Assembly: GCA_041654015.1 (NCBI GenBank)
Contig: JBAZEI010000003.1
Span: 1-35,780, forward strand
Direction: 5' to 3'
DNA length: 35,780 bases
Source of the DNA: Minisyncoccota bacterium
GTDB lineage: Bacteria; Patescibacteriota; Minisyncoccia; UBA6257
The stretch's first letter is position 1; each line of letters opens with the position of its first letter. The notes beneath the pieces were generated by a model. That model saw only the letters and a list, made by a program, of their open reading frames with translations, was not told the origin of the DNA and searched no databases. This document shows, one piece after another, positions 34,100 through 35,780 of this stretch. A program made the translations under genes and the position numbers.

Positions 34100-34813
34100 A
34101 TGAAAAAAAATATTCCCTTCATTATTAGCTTAATTTTTGTTATAGTGATACCCGTTTTTGGGATTGCAGTTTCATTTGAAAATCCTTTAAAGGAGGTCAA
34201 AACAATTACTGATTTAATTTCAGAATTAATTAACTTTTTATTTAATGTAGCTATTTTTGTCTGCGCTATTATAATTGTTTATTCCGGCCTTCTTTATATT
34301 ACTGCCGCTGGTAACCAGCAAAAAATTCAGACCGCCCACAAATCTTTAACTTGGGCTTTGATAGGATTAGCGATTGTTTTAATAGCTAATTATGTGCCGG
34401 GAATAATTAAAAGTGTTCTTTATGGCTCAGAAGAGTCCTCTTCTATTGAAGAAGAATATACTCCTGAAGAAGAATATACTCCTGCAGAGCCTGGATTACC
34501 ACCATCAGAACCTGGATTACCACCATCAGAGCCTGGATTACCACCATCAGAACCTGGATTACCACCATCAGAGCCTGGATTACCACCATCAGAGCCTGGA
34601 TTACCACCATCAGAACCAGGATTACCACCAGAAGAGGAAGCGGCTTCAGGCACATATAAAGTTTGCCGACCACCAAAAACATTTTCTTGGGCATGGATAA
34701 CCGGACATGCAGATACATTGTATTGCAAAGAGGAAAATTGGGAGGGTGTCAACCCAGGGGATGAATGCTCGGTTTTAAATGAGGTTTGTTCTGAAGGAGC
34801 AGGGGATTTTTAG
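34100..34813 (+). CDS. VirB2/TrbC-like T4SS pilin paralog 2, with an EPGLPPS x7 spacer and a Cys-rich C-terminal domain
   Basis: Core: [54 protein letters not shown]. Then EEEYTP x2, EPGLPPS x7 and a 6-Cys tail. Confidence 0.7.
   Translation: MKKNIPFIISLIFVIVIPVFGIAVSFENPLKEVKTITDLISELINFLFNVAIFVCAIIIVYSGLLYITAAGNQQKIQTAHKSLTWALIGLAIVLIANYVPGIIKSVLYGSEESSSIEEEYTPEEEYTPAEPGLPPSEPGLPPSEPGLPPSEPGLPPSEPGLPPSEPGLPPSEPGLPPEEEAASGTYKVCRPPKTFSWAWITGHADTLYCKEENWEGVNPGDECSVLNEVCSEGAGDF
34487..34633 (+). repeat. Seven tandem copies of a 21-bp unit (GA(G/A)CCTGGATTACCACCATCA), encoding EPGLPPS
   Basis: Direct reading; units differ only at the third position of the first codon and in the last copy. Preceded by 2x 18 bp GAAGAAGAATATACTCCT. 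Confidence 0.95.
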
Positions 34814-34994
34814 AATTTGCTTGATAGAATACTAGCGGGAAATATCTTATTTTTATAATAAATTATTTTGTGGTGGCTGGATTAATTGTTTGATGGATTG
34901 GCTATAATTTGTTATAATTTATCTATTCAAGTTTATTTTTCAAAACTTGGGTAGATAAGGGTCGATTAAAAATTAACAATAAAAAATAAATAAA

Positions 34995-35348
34995 ATGAAA
35001 AAATATATTTTACCTGTTTTAGCGATTAGTTTCTTGATAGCTGCTCCTGTTGCGTTTGGGGCGACATCGACTCTTCCGTTTGGCGAGGCTCCGAGCGGAA
35101 GTTCGATGGATCTTTGGAAAACATTGACCACGGCTTTAAATTGGTTTTTCAATGTAGTTATTTTTATAGCGGCAATTATGATTGTCTACGCAGGGTTTCG
35201 CTATGTAACAGCTGCTGGCAATACTGAAGCCACCAAAAAAGCATTAGATACTCTTATATATGCTTTAATAGGGGTGGGTATTGCTTTATTGGCTAAGGGA
35301 TTAATTAACATTATTAGCACCTTTCTTCTTGAACGAACGCTGTGGTAG
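34995..35348 (+). CDS. VirB2/TrbC-like T4SS pilin paralog 3 (minimal form)
   Basis: Signal peptide (...APVAFGA), then WFFNVVIFIAAIMIVYAGFRYVTAAGNTEATKKALDTLIYALIGVGIALLAKGLI. It shares the F.FNV.IF..AI.IVY.G..Y.TAAGN....A...L..ALIG motif with paralog 2. Confidence 0.75.
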   Translation: MKKYILPVLAISFLIAAPVAFGATSTLPFGEAPSGSSMDLWKTLTTALNWFFNVVIFIAAIMIVYAGFRYVTAAGNTEATKKALDTLIYALIGVGIALLAKGLINIISTFLLERTLW

Positions 35349-35357
35349 TAATAAGAG

Positions 35358-35412
35358 TTTTTTGAAACTCAAAAACTCCGTTTTTAGACGGAGTTTTTGA
35401 GTTTCAAAAATT
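35358..35412. terminator. Very long perfect hairpin (about 22-bp stem), a bidirectional terminator between pilin 3 and tRNA-Leu
   Basis: TTTTGAAACTCAAAAACTCCGT-loop-ACGGAGTTTTTGAGTTTCAAAA, with T-runs and A-runs on both sides. Confidence 0.75.
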
Positions 35413-35452
35413 ACTTTCTATTTTTTTACTGTTTGTTTTGTTGTCGTTGGAG

Positions 35453-35534
35453 TGCGGACGGTGGGACTTGAACCCACAAGCCTTTCGGCATAGGATCCTA
35501 AGTCCTACGTGTTTTCCAATTTCACCACGTCCGC
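35453..35534 (-). tRNA. tRNA-Leu (anticodon TAG), type II with a long variable arm
   Basis: GCGGACG-TG-GTG-AAATTGGAAAA-CAC-G-TAGGA-CTTAGGA-TCCTA-TGCCGAAAGGCTT(variable arm)-GTGGG-TTCAAGT-CCCAC-CGTCCGC-A. Confidence 0.88.
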
Positions 35535-35583
35535 AAAATAAAGGGCCTTTTTACCTACATTTTTTACCAGTAACATTTACTTT

Positions 35584-35780
35584 TTACTCTTCCTCAATTG
35601 TCAGAGTTTTTCTTTGGGTTTTGACTAATTTAGGCAGATAGATGCTTAATAGCCCATTTTTAACAGTGGCTTTTGCCTTATCAGCATTTATTTCTTGAGG
35701 TAGAATAAGGGAGCGGGAAAATGGCCCCCAGAAACATTCGTTATAATATAGTTTCTCAATTTTAGTTTAATCTTCGCGAT
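35584..35780 (-). pseudogene. Hsp20/alpha-crystallin C-terminal fragment, possibly disrupted (in-frame TAA near the window edge)
   Basis: Minus-strand translation ...EKLYYNECFWGPFSRSLILPQEINADKAKATVKNGLLSIYLPKLVKTQRKTLTIEEE* matches the sHSP pattern G.F.R...LP......A....G.L.I..PK. In this frame a TAA occurs at about 35767-35769, while another frame stays open (IAKIKLKLRNYIIT...). Confidence 0.4.

Noticed and set aside
34413-34752. ORFs of 91-110 aa in alternate frames or antisense across the EPGLPPS repeat
   Set aside because: These are repeat-generated open frames; the pilin frame has the signal peptide and the conserved core.
35438-35641. 67-aa plus-strand ORF
   Set aside because: It overlaps tRNA-Leu(UAG) on the opposite strand and the Hsp20-like 3' end, so it is spurious.
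1-35780. Alternative genetic code (UGA or UAA recoding)
   Set aside because: Long, well-conserved ORFs terminate normally with TGA (GT2 at 15090-15092 and the 361-aa ORF), TAA and TAG. The single in-frame TAA in the VirB4-like gene is an isolated case.

Overview
AT-rich bacterial chromosomal window. The bacterial assignment rests on trigger factor, NusA, ClpP, GyrA, RsmA and TrpS. The gene content looks like a reduced-genome CPR/Patescibacteria-type organism, but that is an inference, not a search result. Standard genetic code: long ORFs end in TGA, TAA or TAG. Main content: (1) at the left edge, a type IV secretion-like membrane module on the minus strand, with a VirB4-family ATPase apparently split by an in-frame TAA, a PrgI/VirB3-like protein, a low-complexity protein and a VirB6/TrbL-like polytopic protein. 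(2) About 27 kb away at the right edge, three paralogous VirB2/TrbC-like pilin genes. (3) Housekeeping genes in between: rsmA, LysM-M23 peptidase, comM/yifB, DksA/TraR-type zinc finger, clpP, a GT2 plus GT-C-like glycosylation pair, tig, nusA, yraN, ferredoxin, trpS, an ABC-2 exporter pair, an MBL hydrolase, gyrA, a SAM methyltransferase and a solute-binding protein. (4) Eight canonical tRNA genes by manual folding, three in odd contexts. Most unusual observation: at two loci a complete tRNA gene (Ala-CGC, Gly-UCC) sits inside the anticodon loop of a second, outer tRNA-like gene that carries the same amino-acid identity determinants. A tRNA-His also lies in frame inside a zinc-ribbon/HTH/nuclease ORF. 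Other notable items: a phased array of thirteen TGTGAAACA sites, GC-rich structured repeats in the gyrA leader, GTCAACCCC-ended inverted-repeat elements, and several perfect in-frame tandem repeats in surface or membrane proteins. All calls come from reading the sequence and remembered family signatures; no database search was run.
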